Origin: Escherichia coli 042
GTDB lineage: Bacteria > Pseudomonadota > Gammaproteobacteria > Enterobacterales > Enterobacteriaceae
Direction: 5' to 3' (one strand)
Assembly: GCF_000027125.1 (NCBI RefSeq)
Contig: NC_017627.1
Length of the DNA: 64,000 bases
Shown: positions 11,177 to 22,101 of the stretch, one piece after another
How the letters are laid out: each line of letters starts with the position of its first letter
How positions within the stretch are numbered: position 1 is the first letter of the stretch
Made by a program: the position numbers and the translations under genes
Notes under the pieces: generated by a model
Databases searched by the model: none
Told to the model about the DNA's origin: nothing
The model's input: only the letters and a program-made list of their open reading frames with translations

Positions 11177-11908
11177 TCAGAGAATATTTGCGATTGATTT
11201 GGCCAGCTGGTCTTCGAGAACAGGCTTCGCCTCTTCAAATTTCAGGTTAACCTTGTTCGCATTTGAGACCACACGGGTCTGGTATTTATGCTGGTTACCC
11301 GTTTCAGTACTGGTCTGAATTTTCGCACCGGATGTGCCCTGACGCAGGGCGGCAACATTATCCGTTGTCACCGTTGCCTTAGTACGCTCTGCAATCTGTA
11401 CATCCGTGATCATGGTATAGTTCACATCTTCCACCATCGCATCTGCAGCCATACCCACCAGACCGGCAGCAAGGCCTACACCGAGTGTGGCACCGGCAGA
11501 ATTTGAGTTATAGCCGGTAATACCGGCACCTAACGCTGCACCAACAGCTGCGCCTTCATAACCACGGTTCAGCCATCCCTGAGACTCCCGCAGATCCATC
11601 TTATCAGCCTTCAGCACATTCGCCTGAATCCAGTAGTAGGCTTTATCCGGAGAAGTCACCACCTGATATCCTTTTGCTTTCACAGCATCAGCAATTTTGC
11701 CCTGCAGCCCACTCATGTCTTTATCAGACGTGTTTTTGATCTGCAGAAATACCGTGCGTTCGCTGTCGGGTTTAAGCCAGATGGTCTCACTCATCTGAGT
11801 CTTCACCTCAAGGTTACGCTTCTTGATTGCTGTGCTCATCGCACCACACCCTGAAAGGGCCAGAGTGGAACTGACCAGTGCAACCATCATCAATTTTTTT
11901 GTTTTCAT
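11177..11908 (-). CDS. traT: TraT surface exclusion / serum resistance lipoprotein
   Basis: 243 aa from [21 protein letters not shown] (lipobox), near-identical to F TraT from memory. Confidence 0.95.
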   Translation of the reverse strand: MKTKKLMMVALVSSTLALSGCGAMSTAIKKRNLEVKTQMSETIWLKPDSERTVFLQIKNTSDKDMSGLQGKIADAVKAKGYQVVTSPDKAYYWIQANVLKADKMDLRESQGWLNRGYEGAAVGAALGAGITGYNSNSAGATLGVGLAAGLVGMAADAMVEDVNYTMITDVQIAERTKATVTTDNVAALRQGTSGAKIQTSTETGNQHKYQTRVVSNANKVNLKFEEAKPVLEDQLAKSIANIL

Positions 11909-11939
11909 CAAATTACCTTTATTACAAACCACAGTTTTC

Positions 11940-12443
11940 TTATCGCCTGTCATCATAGTCCTGCCAACAAGTCCCAAAAGTATTTCCTGCTGAATCAAAT
12001 CCTCCATGCATAGCTAATCCTGTTGCCGGATTAGTACGATAAAAATCCACATAATCAAAATTCACATCATCAAAATCCAGATGCAAATCTTCATTAGTTT
12101 GTTCATTTACCTGAGATTGCATCCATTCTCTTACACTTACACAACCACTAATTCGCCTTAATTCGTATAGTGTACCAATGATAAAAACCATCAGGCTTAA
12201 TAACGGAGAGAGTAAGGAAGATAATGGCATCAGTATATACCAAACGCCTTTACTGAATTTAAACTCATCCGACACATGCCGTTTTTTTCGTATTTGAGAA
12301 AACAACCATATAAACAATCCCTGCCATAGTACAATAAAGCACAGGATAAAAATTGTTTCGGCACTCCCCCAATCAGCCAGATAACAGGCAATGAACTGTA
12401 TCACCGTCACCAGAGCAATATGAGCTAAATTTTTCATTATCAT
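11940..12443 (-). CDS. traS: TraS-like entry exclusion inner membrane protein
   Basis: 167 aa hydrophobic protein in the traG-traS-traT position; assigned by synteny. Confidence 0.6.
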   Translation of the reverse strand: MIMKNLAHIALVTVIQFIACYLADWGSAETIFILCFIVLWQGLFIWLFSQIRKKRHVSDEFKFSKGVWYILMPLSSLLSPLLSLMVFIIGTLYELRRISGCVSVREWMQSQVNEQTNEDLHLDFDDVNFDYVDFYRTNPATGLAMHGGFDSAGNTFGTCWQDYDDRR

Positions 12444-12457
12444 CTCCCCATACGATA

Positions 12458-15280
12458 TTATTGCTTGTGCTTATCCTGATACTCCTTTGCTCTTTTCATC
12501 AGTTCCTGTGGACTGTCAGCACCAGGCATTCTTTCCTGACCCGATTTTTCTTCATTATATTTATTATTCTGAGATAATGCCTCTGTTTTATGGTGATTTT
12601 GTAGTTCAGAATACTGTCTTCCTACAATATTTTCTTCGCCACGTATGCTGCTCTGAGTATCTCCGATATTGCCACGATATTCTGTGACCATATTATCAAC
12701 CTGATGTTTTACATCATTACGGATATTACTGTCCTGCGTTCTTTGCTCAATAATGGCCTGATGTCCCTGATGGTCAGCAATAATATTCTGGCTGCCACCG
12801 CCCGAAGGTACGCTCTCCATTCCTTTACCGATGTCCCCACGGGATTCACGCCAGGCATTATCAACACCAGGCTGTACCTGTTCCTGCACAAAAGACCACG
12901 CCATAGCCCGACGGCGTTCTGCAATCTCCGGCGAACTGGTATTTGTCAGAATAGCTTCTGCATCCTGCGGTGCGCGTTTCATCACATACTGTGCAAACTG
13001 TTGCGACAGGTCTTCACTCATCTGCCCGCTCATGCTTTCAGTACGGGAGGCCATTTCCGCATATTCATGGCTGCGGGTCATATTCGTCGTGTACTGGTCG
13101 TAACTCTGTTTCGCTGAGTTCAGGGCTGCAGACAACTGATCCACACGGGAATCGGCATTATTGTCCGTATGGCTGCCGGATTCACTGACCTTGCGACTGG
13201 TAAAGTAATCGCTGGCCTCTTTAAAGTCTTGTGTAGCCCTGGCATCGATATCATGGCGAGCATCATGGCTGGCCCGTGAACCACTGCTGGCCTGATGCGC
13301 ATCCTCATCACTCCAGTCAATACTTGCCCGACCACCACCTCTAACACCTGCGCCACCACCAACACCAAGAATTTTAGGTTTAACCCCCCATTCAGCATGA
13401 ACATCGCCATACATCCCCGCAGAACCTCTCGTACTTCTTGATGCCAGTTCTCTTGTTGCCTGCTCATTACTGATATTATGCGCCTTCGCATAGCTTTCCA
13501 CTGCACTGCGCATACGGCTGGCCATCATGGAGTCCTGTGCACTCATGGTGCTGTCAGCGCCACCGGTGACAGAATCACTGCTCCCCCGGTTAGAACCAAA
13601 CTGACTGAGCGAGTTCCAGGCACTGGCAATACTGCTGCTGAAACCATGCAGGGCACTTTCTGCTCTGTTCGACGCCTCCCGGGCCATTTCCTGTTGTGCC
13701 GCTGCAATCTGACGCGTTGCATTGATACCAACCGGTAACCGGGACATCGCTCCGCTTGCATCCATCACCATATTACCGTCACGGGTCTGTGTGGCAGTTG
13801 CGCCACTGCCGGTCTGGTACATCATCTGACCAAACGACGTGGTGCTGTTGGTGCTCCAGCTGAAGCCGTTCACGTTTTCCGTCTGCATGTTGCCGTAGGA
13901 GTAATTACCGTCAACCACACTGCCTGCTGCACTGGCCGTCGGACTGATAGAGGAAGAGGCGAAGTGGCTGTACACGCTGGAAAAACCTGCGCCAAGGCCT
14001 TTTACCATCATCCATGACAACGGGGGGATCATGGCTGAAAGATACCCGGCAGTAGAGGCCAGGTCAGAGTATTTCAGCTGTATCTGAGAGAGTTCAGACA
14101 GCACGACCGGCGCACCATTCATCTTCGCATAGAATGTCATGGCACTGTTCAGAATGGCATACAACAACGGCCAGGTCTGCAGCCACATCAGGGCAAACAC
14201 ATAGCCTTTCAGGACGGACAGTGTCAGTTTGTTGAAGACAGCTGCCAGTACCAGAAGCGGGAAAATACCAATGGCAATTCCCGTCAGGATAGTCTGTACC
14301 ATTGGCAGGTTTCGCATTGTCACATGACCGATAGAGACATGCGCCAGACGTTGCTTCTCCATCGATGACGTGGTGGCCAGATTCACCAGGCTGGCGGTGT
14401 CACCATTACGGGCGGCATTACTGGTGATACCCTCTTTCAGGGCATTCATGGTGACGTTCTGGCGCATAATCTGGCTGGCAGACTGACTGGAGCCGTAGAA
14501 ATAACTGTAACTGTCACTGACCAGTTGTCTGAATAACAGGTCCGGGTCCGGTCTGCCGCCAAATATCTGCTGCACATAATAATGCCAGGTCTTGCCTCCC
14601 GTCTTTGTATCGAGATTCAGCCTGTCTTTCAGCGTGACCGACGCATCCTTACAGGTTATGAAATTATTATTGTTGTCATAAACGCCCCGTAGCGGGCTGG
14701 GTCGGGAAAAAATCAGCGTGTAGGGGTCAGCGGAGGCCATCAGATCTTCCAGCGTGTATTTATGATTCAGGTAAATATCACCCAGCACGCAGTTCTGGAC
14801 GTAGTCCTGGAACAGATTGATGATTTCCGGATTCCGGGACAGGAAATCGGTGCTTTTCACAATCAGATTCGCCCCGAACAGCATGCCTGTCTTGCTGTAG
14901 GTGACGCTGTCCGGTTGGGTGAATATCATCTCGTAGCTGACCACCATCGCATGCCCGATACGTGTCGTCAGTGAAAGTGGCATCGCCAGACCGACCGGCA
15001 CATTATCCACCCGATGGACTTTGACCAGGTCACTGTTATCAATAATCTGCACCGATGTGCGGACATTAACCAGCAGGCTGATAAGCACAAACACCGCCAC
15101 CCAGCCCAGTAAATCCATCACGTTGTGCCGCTGTACCCACATAAAAGCCACAGCAACAACAGACAGGGTGAGCGCAATTTTTTCAATGGAATCCCAGGTC
15201 CGGGTACTCATAAATGCTGCAATGGCATTCAGGTTGTTACGCAACCACTCACCACCGGCAATCACATAAACTTCATTCAC
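12458..15280 (-). CDS. traG: TraG mating pair stabilisation / entry exclusion protein
   Basis: 940 aa, N-terminal polytopic region and large periplasmic C-terminal domain; F TraG length. Confidence 0.95.
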   Translation of the reverse strand: MNEVYVIAGGEWLRNNLNAIAAFMSTRTWDSIEKIALTLSVVAVAFMWVQRHNVMDLLGWVAVFVLISLLVNVRTSVQIIDNSDLVKVHRVDNVPVGLAMPLSLTTRIGHAMVVSYEMIFTQPDSVTYSKTGMLFGANLIVKSTDFLSRNPEIINLFQDYVQNCVLGDIYLNHKYTLEDLMASADPYTLIFSRPSPLRGVYDNNNNFITCKDASVTLKDRLNLDTKTGGKTWHYYVQQIFGGRPDPDLLFRQLVSDSYSYFYGSSQSASQIMRQNVTMNALKEGITSNAARNGDTASLVNLATTSSMEKQRLAHVSIGHVTMRNLPMVQTILTGIAIGIFPLLVLAAVFNKLTLSVLKGYVFALMWLQTWPLLYAILNSAMTFYAKMNGAPVVLSELSQIQLKYSDLASTAGYLSAMIPPLSWMMVKGLGAGFSSVYSHFASSSISPTASAAGSVVDGNYSYGNMQTENVNGFSWSTNSTTSFGQMMYQTGSGATATQTRDGNMVMDASGAMSRLPVGINATRQIAAAQQEMAREASNRAESALHGFSSSIASAWNSLSQFGSNRGSSDSVTGGADSTMSAQDSMMASRMRSAVESYAKAHNISNEQATRELASRSTRGSAGMYGDVHAEWGVKPKILGVGGGAGVRGGGRASIDWSDEDAHQASSGSRASHDARHDIDARATQDFKEASDYFTSRKVSESGSHTDNNADSRVDQLSAALNSAKQSYDQYTTNMTRSHEYAEMASRTESMSGQMSEDLSQQFAQYVMKRAPQDAEAILTNTSSPEIAERRRAMAWSFVQEQVQPGVDNAWRESRGDIGKGMESVPSGGGSQNIIADHQGHQAIIEQRTQDSNIRNDVKHQVDNMVTEYRGNIGDTQSSIRGEENIVGRQYSELQNHHKTEALSQNNKYNEEKSGQERMPGADSPQELMKRAKEYQDKHKQ

Positions 15281-16650
15281 AGTGAATTCCCTCCGAAGTG
15301 ATAGTTGTTCTGGTAACGGCTGAGCATACGGGCGGAAAGCTGCTGACGCATGTAGCTCATCTGACGTTCGACAACCAGCAGCGCATCCTGCTGGACCTGT
15401 ACCTGACTCTGGAAAATGGCAATCTGTTGCTGTGCCTGATTCAGATTCTCCAGAACATTGTCCATCACAGCCTGCGGATAGTTCCCGGTGGCAATCATGG
15501 CCCGGGCCTGCTGAAGCAGTTCCTGAATGTACTGGAGCATGATGTCGTAGCCGATATAGTCCGTCAGCTGGTAAACGACGCTGTTGGACACACCGAGCAT
15601 CTGCGGGTCAATCAGATATTTAAAAACGGGAATGGTGGTGCTGGAAATAAACCCCTGTTCCCGGGCGTCAAGCGGAGTGTCACTCACTGCTTTATTCTGA
15701 ATACTGGTCAGCAGTTTTGTAATCTGTGACTTCAGGGCTTTATCCCGGGCGATGGTCACATTTGCATCCGCCACCACCTTCAGACACTTGTCCGAATCGT
15801 TGCAGTGGTAAATTTTTGCCGTTCCCCCCTCCATAATCGCCCGGAGGATATCGCGGTCAGTGGTACTCGCCGGCAGGGGGGTAATCTCGCTGTCTTCCCC
15901 AAAAATCAGCGTACCGGTGAGCGTCATGATAAATTCTTTCAACTCTTTGTTGCCGTCAAACATTCTGTTTTTTTTCAGCGCCTCCCATATGATATTCTGG
16001 TTTTTCAGCACCCGCTCCTTGTCCTTGTCGCTGGCTTTGTCACGAACAGATGAGGACTGCCCTCCGACCGTGCACCCCTGACGAGATGCGGCCCAGTCGG
16101 CGAAGATATTGCTTTCACTGCCAATGTCCTGACAAACTTTCTGCTGAGATTCCTGCGTCTGAGGGAACAGCCCCCCCACAAGCCCCTGTGCCACCTGACA
16201 GGAACTGAGGTTCATACTGTTAATGTCACTTGCCATTTTCTGCAGGAAGTCTTTTGCGGTTTTTATTTCCGGCACCGTTGTCTGCAGGGCAAGGTCAAAA
16301 AAGTAACCGGCAGCATTGCTCATAATCTGCTTAACAAAACGCTGCAACTGATCGCCATTAATAAAACTGAACGAGCCGAGATAGGCGTCGATGCCGCCAC
16401 ATCCGGCATTGATATCCGGCAGCGTCATGGAAATCAGCTGGATATTTTTGACCTGGGTGCGGGCATACAGGGAGCCACCATAGGCATACCCGGCGGCCTG
16501 CCCCTGCCAGACGCCCGCCTGGGTGACATTGGACGCAAATCCCAGCTTATTAAAGAACTGATTCATGTCGCTGTTCACATCCGCTGACGCTGCGGGTGTG
16601 ACCGTCAGTAAAACGGCACAAAGAACCAGAAGAGGTTTAATGCGAGGCAT
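15277..16650 (-). CDS. traH: TraH pilus assembly protein
   Basis: 457 aa with signal peptide; F TraH size and position. Confidence 0.93.
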   Translation of the reverse strand: MPRIKPLLVLCAVLLTVTPAASADVNSDMNQFFNKLGFASNVTQAGVWQGQAAGYAYGGSLYARTQVKNIQLISMTLPDINAGCGGIDAYLGSFSFINGDQLQRFVKQIMSNAAGYFFDLALQTTVPEIKTAKDFLQKMASDINSMNLSSCQVAQGLVGGLFPQTQESQQKVCQDIGSESNIFADWAASRQGCTVGGQSSSVRDKASDKDKERVLKNQNIIWEALKKNRMFDGNKELKEFIMTLTGTLIFGEDSEITPLPASTTDRDILRAIMEGGTAKIYHCNDSDKCLKVVADANVTIARDKALKSQITKLLTSIQNKAVSDTPLDAREQGFISSTTIPVFKYLIDPQMLGVSNSVVYQLTDYIGYDIMLQYIQELLQQARAMIATGNYPQAVMDNVLENLNQAQQQIAIFQSQVQVQQDALLVVERQMSYMRQQLSARMLSRYQNNYHFGGNSL

Positions 16651-17029
16651 CGTTATTCCCCTCCCTGAAACTGTTCTCCCGGCGCATACGGCGTTTCAGC
16701 CGGAATATCCTGATCCCCCCGTTTATTAATTCATTCAAAGGGTTCCTGACGTATACGATAAGAAATCCACCTGCAAACGCCCATAACGTATACGGAATGA
16801 CATACATCAGGATGTTCCACATATAACGAAAATTATTTAATTCCGGGTCAGCTTTCCACGAATCAATACAGGCATCAAAAATACTGTGCATAATCACCCA
16901 TAAAAAAGTTCCGGCAGCAACGAACACAAAAAACAGATCAAAATATATATCAGAAACCCTGCATTCATAATCATAATCCCGTTTAGTTTTTCTGTTTTTT
17001 AGTTCCGCATCATTTCTTTTTTCTTTCAT
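16637..17029 (-). CDS. trbF: TrbF-like small membrane protein
   Basis: Position between trbJ and traH; start chosen at internal Met (MKEKRNDAEL...) to approximate F TrbF length. Confidence 0.5.
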   Translation of the reverse strand: MKEKRNDAELKNRKTKRDYDYECRVSDIYFDLFFVFVAAGTFLWVIMHSIFDACIDSWKADPELNNFRYMWNILMYVIPYTLWAFAGGFLIVYVRNPLNELINGGIRIFRLKRRMRRENSFREGNNDASH

Positions 17030-17297
17030 TATAAGTTTCCTCTGATATTTCTGATGATTCATTCAGACCGGTCATGCGGCTGTAATATATTTCAGACACC
17101 AAAATCCATCCCACAATTGCTCCCACAAAAAACACAACAGAAACAGAAAAGGTAAGACACAGCGAAACGACAATTTCCACAGGGCTGGCGGGATAAAAAA
17201 GCCCCTGACGGATAAAGGGGATATTCAGGCTGACGATTATTCCCGTCGCGACGCCGGATATTCCGGCAATGAGTAACACCACCTGCTTATTTCGCAC
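17010..17297 (-). CDS. trbJ: TrbJ-like small membrane protein
   Basis: About 95 aa hydrophobic protein after trbB; probable GTG start. Confidence 0.45.
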   Translation of the reverse strand: MRNKQVVLLIAGISGVATGIIVSLNIPFIRQGLFYPASPVEIVVSLCLTFSVSVVFFVGAIVGWILVSEIYYSRMTGLNESSEISEETYNERKKK

Positions 17298-17832
17298 CTT
17301 TTTCCTCTCCGTACATCTGCAGAACGGTATCCATCCGCGCCATAAAACTGGCGGCATCCGTTGCCCCCTGCAAAAGCGGTAATGCCTCAAGTGTGTTGAC
17401 GTTGACCAGGAAGGTGGTCGGTGTGGCCACCGGGATATTCGGGAAGAAGGTCTGCATCACGTCCGGTGGCACCGGTAATGCTTCCGGAAAGGCAGTATCC
17501 CCCTGACCATCCAGGGTGTAGGGAAAAACGGAAAAGCCGTACTGCTGTGCCATCTGCTTCAGTACCGGGTCAAACTGGTGACAGTAAGGGCAACGCCCCT
17601 GCATAAACAGCACCACCTTCCAGTCGGCCAGGTTAACCTGCCTGCCGTTGCTGAGGCGGAACCAGCGGGGAGCCGGCTTTTCTGTCCGGGCTGATGTGTC
17701 TGCTGCCGGTTGTGCAGGCTGCGCGGCCATGCCCTGCGGATTCCAGAGTCGTTCAATTTCATCCCGGGTGGAGGCCTGCACACCTGTGGCCATCATCAAC
17801 AAAATGACCGGCAGTAATTTAGTGAGAGACAT
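17287..17832 (-). CDS. trbB: TrbB periplasmic thiol-disulfide isomerase
   Basis: 181 aa, signal peptide, thioredoxin CPYC motif. Confidence 0.9.
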   Translation of the reverse strand: MSLTKLLPVILLMMATGVQASTRDEIERLWNPQGMAAQPAQPAADTSARTEKPAPRWFRLSNGRQVNLADWKVVLFMQGRCPYCHQFDPVLKQMAQQYGFSVFPYTLDGQGDTAFPEALPVPPDVMQTFFPNIPVATPTTFLVNVNTLEALPLLQGATDAASFMARMDTVLQMYGEEKGAK

Positions 17833-18103
17833 GTCCGCCCTCCTGCTGCCCTTCCATCATGGCCTGCTGCCTGGCTTCCAGTGCCTCACGCTCTTCCAGG
17901 CTGACACGTGCAATCCATGCATCCAGCACCTGGTATGCGCCGAACAGCACAAGGATGGCCGCAATCAACTCCGCCAGAAAAAAAGCCATCCAGGGTTTGC
18001 TGTAAACAAGACGGGCGACGATATGAAACCAGACACCCAGGGAAAATACCCACATACCCGTAATATCAAGCCGGGGTAAAGAGAATCTGCATTTACTTAT
18101 CAT
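17819..18103 (-). CDS. traQ: TraQ pilin chaperone
   Basis: 94 aa, same length and position as F TraQ. Confidence 0.88.
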   Translation of the reverse strand: MISKCRFSLPRLDITGMWVFSLGVWFHIVARLVYSKPWMAFFLAELIAAILVLFGAYQVLDAWIARVSLEEREALEARQQAMMEGQQEGGHVSH

Positions 18104-18374
18104 GTTAAACTCCGGTTATTATTTACATGAGAATATTCATGTCTGTAATATTCGCGTTTGTGTGATATTAATCAGATCAACCTCATTATTTTGTATGGTT
18201 TTTATTACCGTTTTATATGACTTAGCCTGTCATAAGCCCCTTATAAAAAACCACATCACTCCGGACCATGCCGATGACAACATAATACAGATAAATATTC
18301 TTCTGAACCTGTCGAAGCTCGTAACGTTCGGTAATGAACCAATAACCATTGGAACAACCATTGCTGCGCCCTGA
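18102..18374 (+). CDS. artA: ArtA-like ORF antisense to the traQ-trbA region
   Basis: Only plus-strand ORF within the tra operon at the position where F artA lies; assigned by position only. Confidence 0.3.
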   Translation: MLNSGYYLHENIHVCNIRVCVILIRSTSLFCMVFITVLYDLACHKPLIKNHITPDHADDNIIQINILLNLSKLVTFGNEPITIGTTIAAP

Positions 18375-18568
18375 TTCATAATTGCACCACACAGAAACCA
18401 GAGACTGGCGGTAAGCACATATAAACACGCGATATTAATAACAAGGAAAACCAGTGAACTCAGGAGAAACATTTTCCTGTCATTACGCTCAGAAAAGAAA
18501 TAACCGGCAATAATGACAAATATTAACAGAACAACACCTGTAAACATTTTCAAATAATCTTCACTCAT
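18230..18568 (-). CDS. trbA: TrbA small inner membrane protein
   Basis: 112 aa hydrophobic protein between traF and traQ. Confidence 0.8.
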   Translation of the reverse strand: MSEDYLKMFTGVVLLIFVIIAGYFFSERNDRKMFLLSSLVFLVINIACLYVLTASLWFLCGAIMNQGAAMVVPMVIGSLPNVTSFDRFRRIFICIMLSSAWSGVMWFFIRGL

Positions 18569-18583
18569 AAATCAAATCCGCGA

Positions 18584-19327
18584 TTAAAAATTTGGTTTAA
18601 AATCTTCAGAAACGTTCAGGAATTGTTTTGCCAGGTCGTCCTGCGAAATAAAGCCGTATGATAACGGGCGAACACTGCCCTGTTTCGGGTCAACCAGCAT
18701 CATGGCCGGGAAATATTTCACGCCGAGGCGCTGCGCCTGCCCCTGGTCAGTCCGGGAATCCGGCAACAGCGGATTAATCACGCCATCCACGGAAACGGGA
18801 ATAACACTCAGACCATACGTATCCCGGAAGCCATTAATGACCTGCGCCAGCTGCCCGTCGATGGGGTCCTGCCCCCGGTAAAAAAACATGATGCCGTAGT
18901 GTTCAGCCAGTTTCGCAATGGCCTGTCGCTGCTGCGCCTGGTCTGCCGCCAGCTGGTTCCGTACCGTGCCGTTGTAATGGCTGTACTGCAGGTTATAGTC
19001 CAGTTCGGGATGTGCCAGCATGGCCTTTTTAGCACTCATGGTGAAAAGCCCGGCCTGCTGAGTCCAGTAATTCTGCAGCCGGAAATATTTAACAAAATTA
19101 TCCACGCCGGGATACAGAATGGCTTCGTACAGCGCCCGCTTTGTTGCCGTCTGCAGCGCGGCCAGTTTCTGCATAATATCCGGCTCCTGACGGGGGGCTG
19201 CAGGTACAGGTTTATTTTCTTTTTCCTTCGGATTTATTTTCTCGTTATACCACTGCCAGCCTGCATCTTTCCCTGACGCCGGAAAAATAAAGCAGCAGAG
19301 TAACAGTGGCAGTAATGCTTTATTCAT
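18584..19327 (-). CDS. traF: TraF thioredoxin-like pilus assembly protein
   Basis: 247 aa from MNKALLPLLL..., signal peptide; F TraF length. Confidence 0.9.
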   Translation of the reverse strand: MNKALLPLLLCCFIFPASGKDAGWQWYNEKINPKEKENKPVPAAPRQEPDIMQKLAALQTATKRALYEAILYPGVDNFVKYFRLQNYWTQQAGLFTMSAKKAMLAHPELDYNLQYSHYNGTVRNQLAADQAQQRQAIAKLAEHYGIMFFYRGQDPIDGQLAQVINGFRDTYGLSVIPVSVDGVINPLLPDSRTDQGQAQRLGVKYFPAMMLVDPKQGSVRPLSYGFISQDDLAKQFLNVSEDFKPNF

Positions 19328-19580
19328 CTTCATTCCTTTCATCATTTTTTCTTTCATCATCTTTCTGCAGGCCAGTCAGGGCAGAAAAACAAAAATACAG
19401 AATAAACAGGAGCACACCGGAGTAAAAAATAACAAAACAAGCAGCAAGCATCTCACCTGCAGTGGTTTCTTTTACCGTATCCCACGACCAGATAATTACC
19501 GGGGAAATGACAATCGCTGTAATCAAAAGCCGGATAAGAAAATCAATAAAACGGTTCGACGTGAATATGACTTTCATCAT
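19320..19580 (-). CDS. trbE: TrbE small membrane protein
   Basis: 86 aa, same length as F TrbE, between traN and traF. Confidence 0.8.
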   Translation of the reverse strand: MMKVIFTSNRFIDFLIRLLITAIVISPVIIWSWDTVKETTAGEMLAACFVIFYSGVLLFILYFCFSALTGLQKDDERKNDERNEDE

Positions 19581-19603
19581 TTCCCCCGGTTATTTTCCAT
19601 ACC

Positions 19604-21454
19604 TTACTGTCCTGCCTGTTTCAGCTGGTCAGCAATCTGCTCTTTCACTTTCTGCGTCAGAACGCCACTGTCCGGGATTTTCTGGTTATTCATCAGGTCT
19701 TCGTAGAAGTTAGTGAAATCCAGTCTGTCGAACTGAATTTTCTGCAGCTCATCAACCGTAATCCCCCGACAGTCAGGATGCTTCGCACTGCCAAACCCGA
19801 TACGCAACTGCCCGTTACGCCCCTGCTGCTGAACTATCTGCGCCAGCTTCGAATCAAACTGACAGTAGCTGCGTTTTTTCTGCAGACAGACCCCCAGCAC
19901 CTTTTTCGAACAGAACTCACCCACACTCACCGTCAGTTTATTGTCCTTTGCCTTTCCCAGCGCCTTTTCTTCACTGTTACACTTCGCCAGCCCCACATCC
20001 TGACCCCAGCCGCCATCCTTACAGCAGTTACTGAAGCCGGCTGCGGCCTTACGGCAGAATTTCGCCTCACCCGTGAAAGCCCTGACATCCACACCATTCA
20101 GGGCGGCAACATCCTTACCTGCGGCGGCAAGCGCAGCCAGCTGTGATACTGCTTCACCAAAATCACTGCTTTTTCCGCTCTGTGCCTTATCGCATTCACC
20201 GTCAAGGCAGAAGACATCACCACCACAGACCATCACTTTTCCTGATGTTTTTGACTCGCAGGAGTACGTGGCGTACTCATGCAGACAGGTTCCCTCATCG
20301 GAATAAAACGCGCACTGACGTGAGGCCAGCGTACAGGCCGGATTATCGACATATTTCTGACAGGTGCCGTTATCTGCGGACTGAGTGACATATTTATCCC
20401 GGTATGCCCAGCATGCCTGTGTGATGTTCCAGGGTTTACCTTCCATCACTCCGGTTTTCGTACCACCCGGCTCTGAACACTCAGTGCCTGTCAGCACGCC
20501 ATCCGCTTTATTAAACGGACAACTCTCCACCCACTCCACCCGGGGAACCCATTCTTTATCACGGACCTTCATCCTGAGTTTCAGCGTAAAGGTGGAAGCA
20601 CCACTGACAAGCGATTCATAGACTTTCCTGTCACCATTCCCGTGCGGGAGGCAATTACCGTTAGCAGTACAGCCACTACCGGTCAGAACCTGCCCCTGTG
20701 TCACCTGCAAACCTGTCGCCCCGGACAGGGGGTAAGTATCCGACTGCCCGTTTGCCAGGCCGACATTAAAGGTTGTATTCATGAAGGTATAACGGGAGTT
20801 CAGGAAGAAAAAAGCGGCGTATACAGACAATGATGCACTTTCCACTGTACCGGTTACCGGAGCCGTGACACTGAACACCAGTTTCAGACCGTTCATACTG
20901 AACCGGAACTGTGAGTGCGGTATCGTCACCTCACGATATTCATCCGTGTATTTCCAGTCCCCGGTGATACTGGCAGTCCGTGTGCAGTACTCCTCCACCA
21001 TCGTGTCCCGCTCACAGGTATAGTTTGTGAACTCACTGCGGTTTATCTGCTGCGCACTGCACTGCTGCCCGGTGTTTCCCACAATGCTGTCAGCCCGGTT
21101 CACCACATCCCTGCCGGTCTGAATGAACGGTGCATCCGGTGACAGAATGTCTTTCGGCTTGTTCATGAAGGACTCTGTGATGGTTTTTCCGGTTTCACCT
21201 GTCGCCCATTCCGTGGTGCCGTCATTTTTCAGGCCGCCATCCCCGCCGGCAGTCACGCCACCGTAATATTTTGTCTCGTCCGGATTCGCGTTATAGCCGG
21301 GGATACTCTCCTGTGGCTTAAAGCTCTGAATACTGCCTGTACCCTGCCCCTGAATCTGACGGGCAAAATCAGAACCGGCCCGGTAATCACTGTTGCTGTC
21401 AGCCTGTGCCATGCCGGCAACCAGAGCCAGTATCAGAGGTAAAATACGTTTCAT
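19604..21454 (-). CDS. traN: TraN outer-membrane mating pair stabilisation protein
   Basis: 616 aa, signal peptide, cysteine-rich C-terminal half. Confidence 0.95.
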   Translation of the reverse strand: MKRILPLILALVAGMAQADSNSDYRAGSDFARQIQGQGTGSIQSFKPQESIPGYNANPDETKYYGGVTAGGDGGLKNDGTTEWATGETGKTITESFMNKPKDILSPDAPFIQTGRDVVNRADSIVGNTGQQCSAQQINRSEFTNYTCERDTMVEEYCTRTASITGDWKYTDEYREVTIPHSQFRFSMNGLKLVFSVTAPVTGTVESASLSVYAAFFFLNSRYTFMNTTFNVGLANGQSDTYPLSGATGLQVTQGQVLTGSGCTANGNCLPHGNGDRKVYESLVSGASTFTLKLRMKVRDKEWVPRVEWVESCPFNKADGVLTGTECSEPGGTKTGVMEGKPWNITQACWAYRDKYVTQSADNGTCQKYVDNPACTLASRQCAFYSDEGTCLHEYATYSCESKTSGKVMVCGGDVFCLDGECDKAQSGKSSDFGEAVSQLAALAAAGKDVAALNGVDVRAFTGEAKFCRKAAAGFSNCCKDGGWGQDVGLAKCNSEEKALGKAKDNKLTVSVGEFCSKKVLGVCLQKKRSYCQFDSKLAQIVQQQGRNGQLRIGFGSAKHPDCRGITVDELQKIQFDRLDFTNFYEDLMNNQKIPDSGVLTQKVKEQIADQLKQAGQ

Positions 21455-22101
21455 TTCCCGGAATCTCCTTTCCCTGCCAGTAAATCATGAGCCACCTGCC
21501 GGCAGTCACCCGTGGCGGCAACTTTCTCCAGCGCCTGCCTGACGCGCAGATTTCCCCGGATGATGTCGTGCCCCTGGCTGCAGAACACCACCAGGGCCGG
21601 AACGCTGCGAATGCCGTACTGTGAAAACAGCGTCGGGTCGATCTGAACACCATCAGTTGCGCCGTCTTTCACCAGGGACAACACGGCGTCAGCCGTGGCC
21701 TTCAGGTCGTTGTTCACCATGCCCCGCAGCGTGGCGGGAATACCGTAGTGCCGGGTTTCGCTCAGCATCCTTTTCAGCCCCTCTTCGGGTATGGAAAACG
21801 ACACAAAATACAGGGCACCCTGCCGGGGTTTCCCGTCCTGCGAAGCCTGCTGTTTACGAACCAGCTCATCCAGAAAATGGTTATCTGAACGCTGAAGGGG
21901 GTTTTCCAGCACCTGTTTCTCCGCCCAGGCTTTCAGCTGATGGTCAGGTTTCTCTCGCAGTTGTCTGCTTAAATTTTCCTGCTGCTTCAGGAACTGGCGG
22001 TTTTCAGTTGTGTTCACATTTTCTGAAGCATGAACAGCAAGATGCATCCCTGCTGTCAGAGCAAAAAGTGCAAATATTTTCCGGTTCATGATATTTCTCA
22101 C
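21451..22101 (-). CDS. trbC: TrbC periplasmic pilus assembly protein
   Basis: 216 aa with signal peptide, between traU and traN. Confidence 0.9.
   Translation of the reverse strand: MRNIMNRKIFALFALTAGMHLAVHASENVNTTENRQFLKQQENLSRQLREKPDHQLKAWAEKQVLENPLQRSDNHFLDELVRKQQASQDGKPRQGALYFVSFSIPEEGLKRMLSETRHYGIPATLRGMVNNDLKATADAVLSLVKDGATDGVQIDPTLFSQYGIRSVPALVVFCSQGHDIIRGNLRVRQALEKVAATGDCRQVAHDLLAGKGDSGK

Noticed and set aside
12487-13738. Several short ORFs on both strands within traG
   Set aside because: Embedded in the well-supported 940-aa traG frame
18808-19276. 75-aa and 125-aa ORFs overlapping traF
   Set aside because: Alternative frames of traF; traF is supported by signal peptide and length
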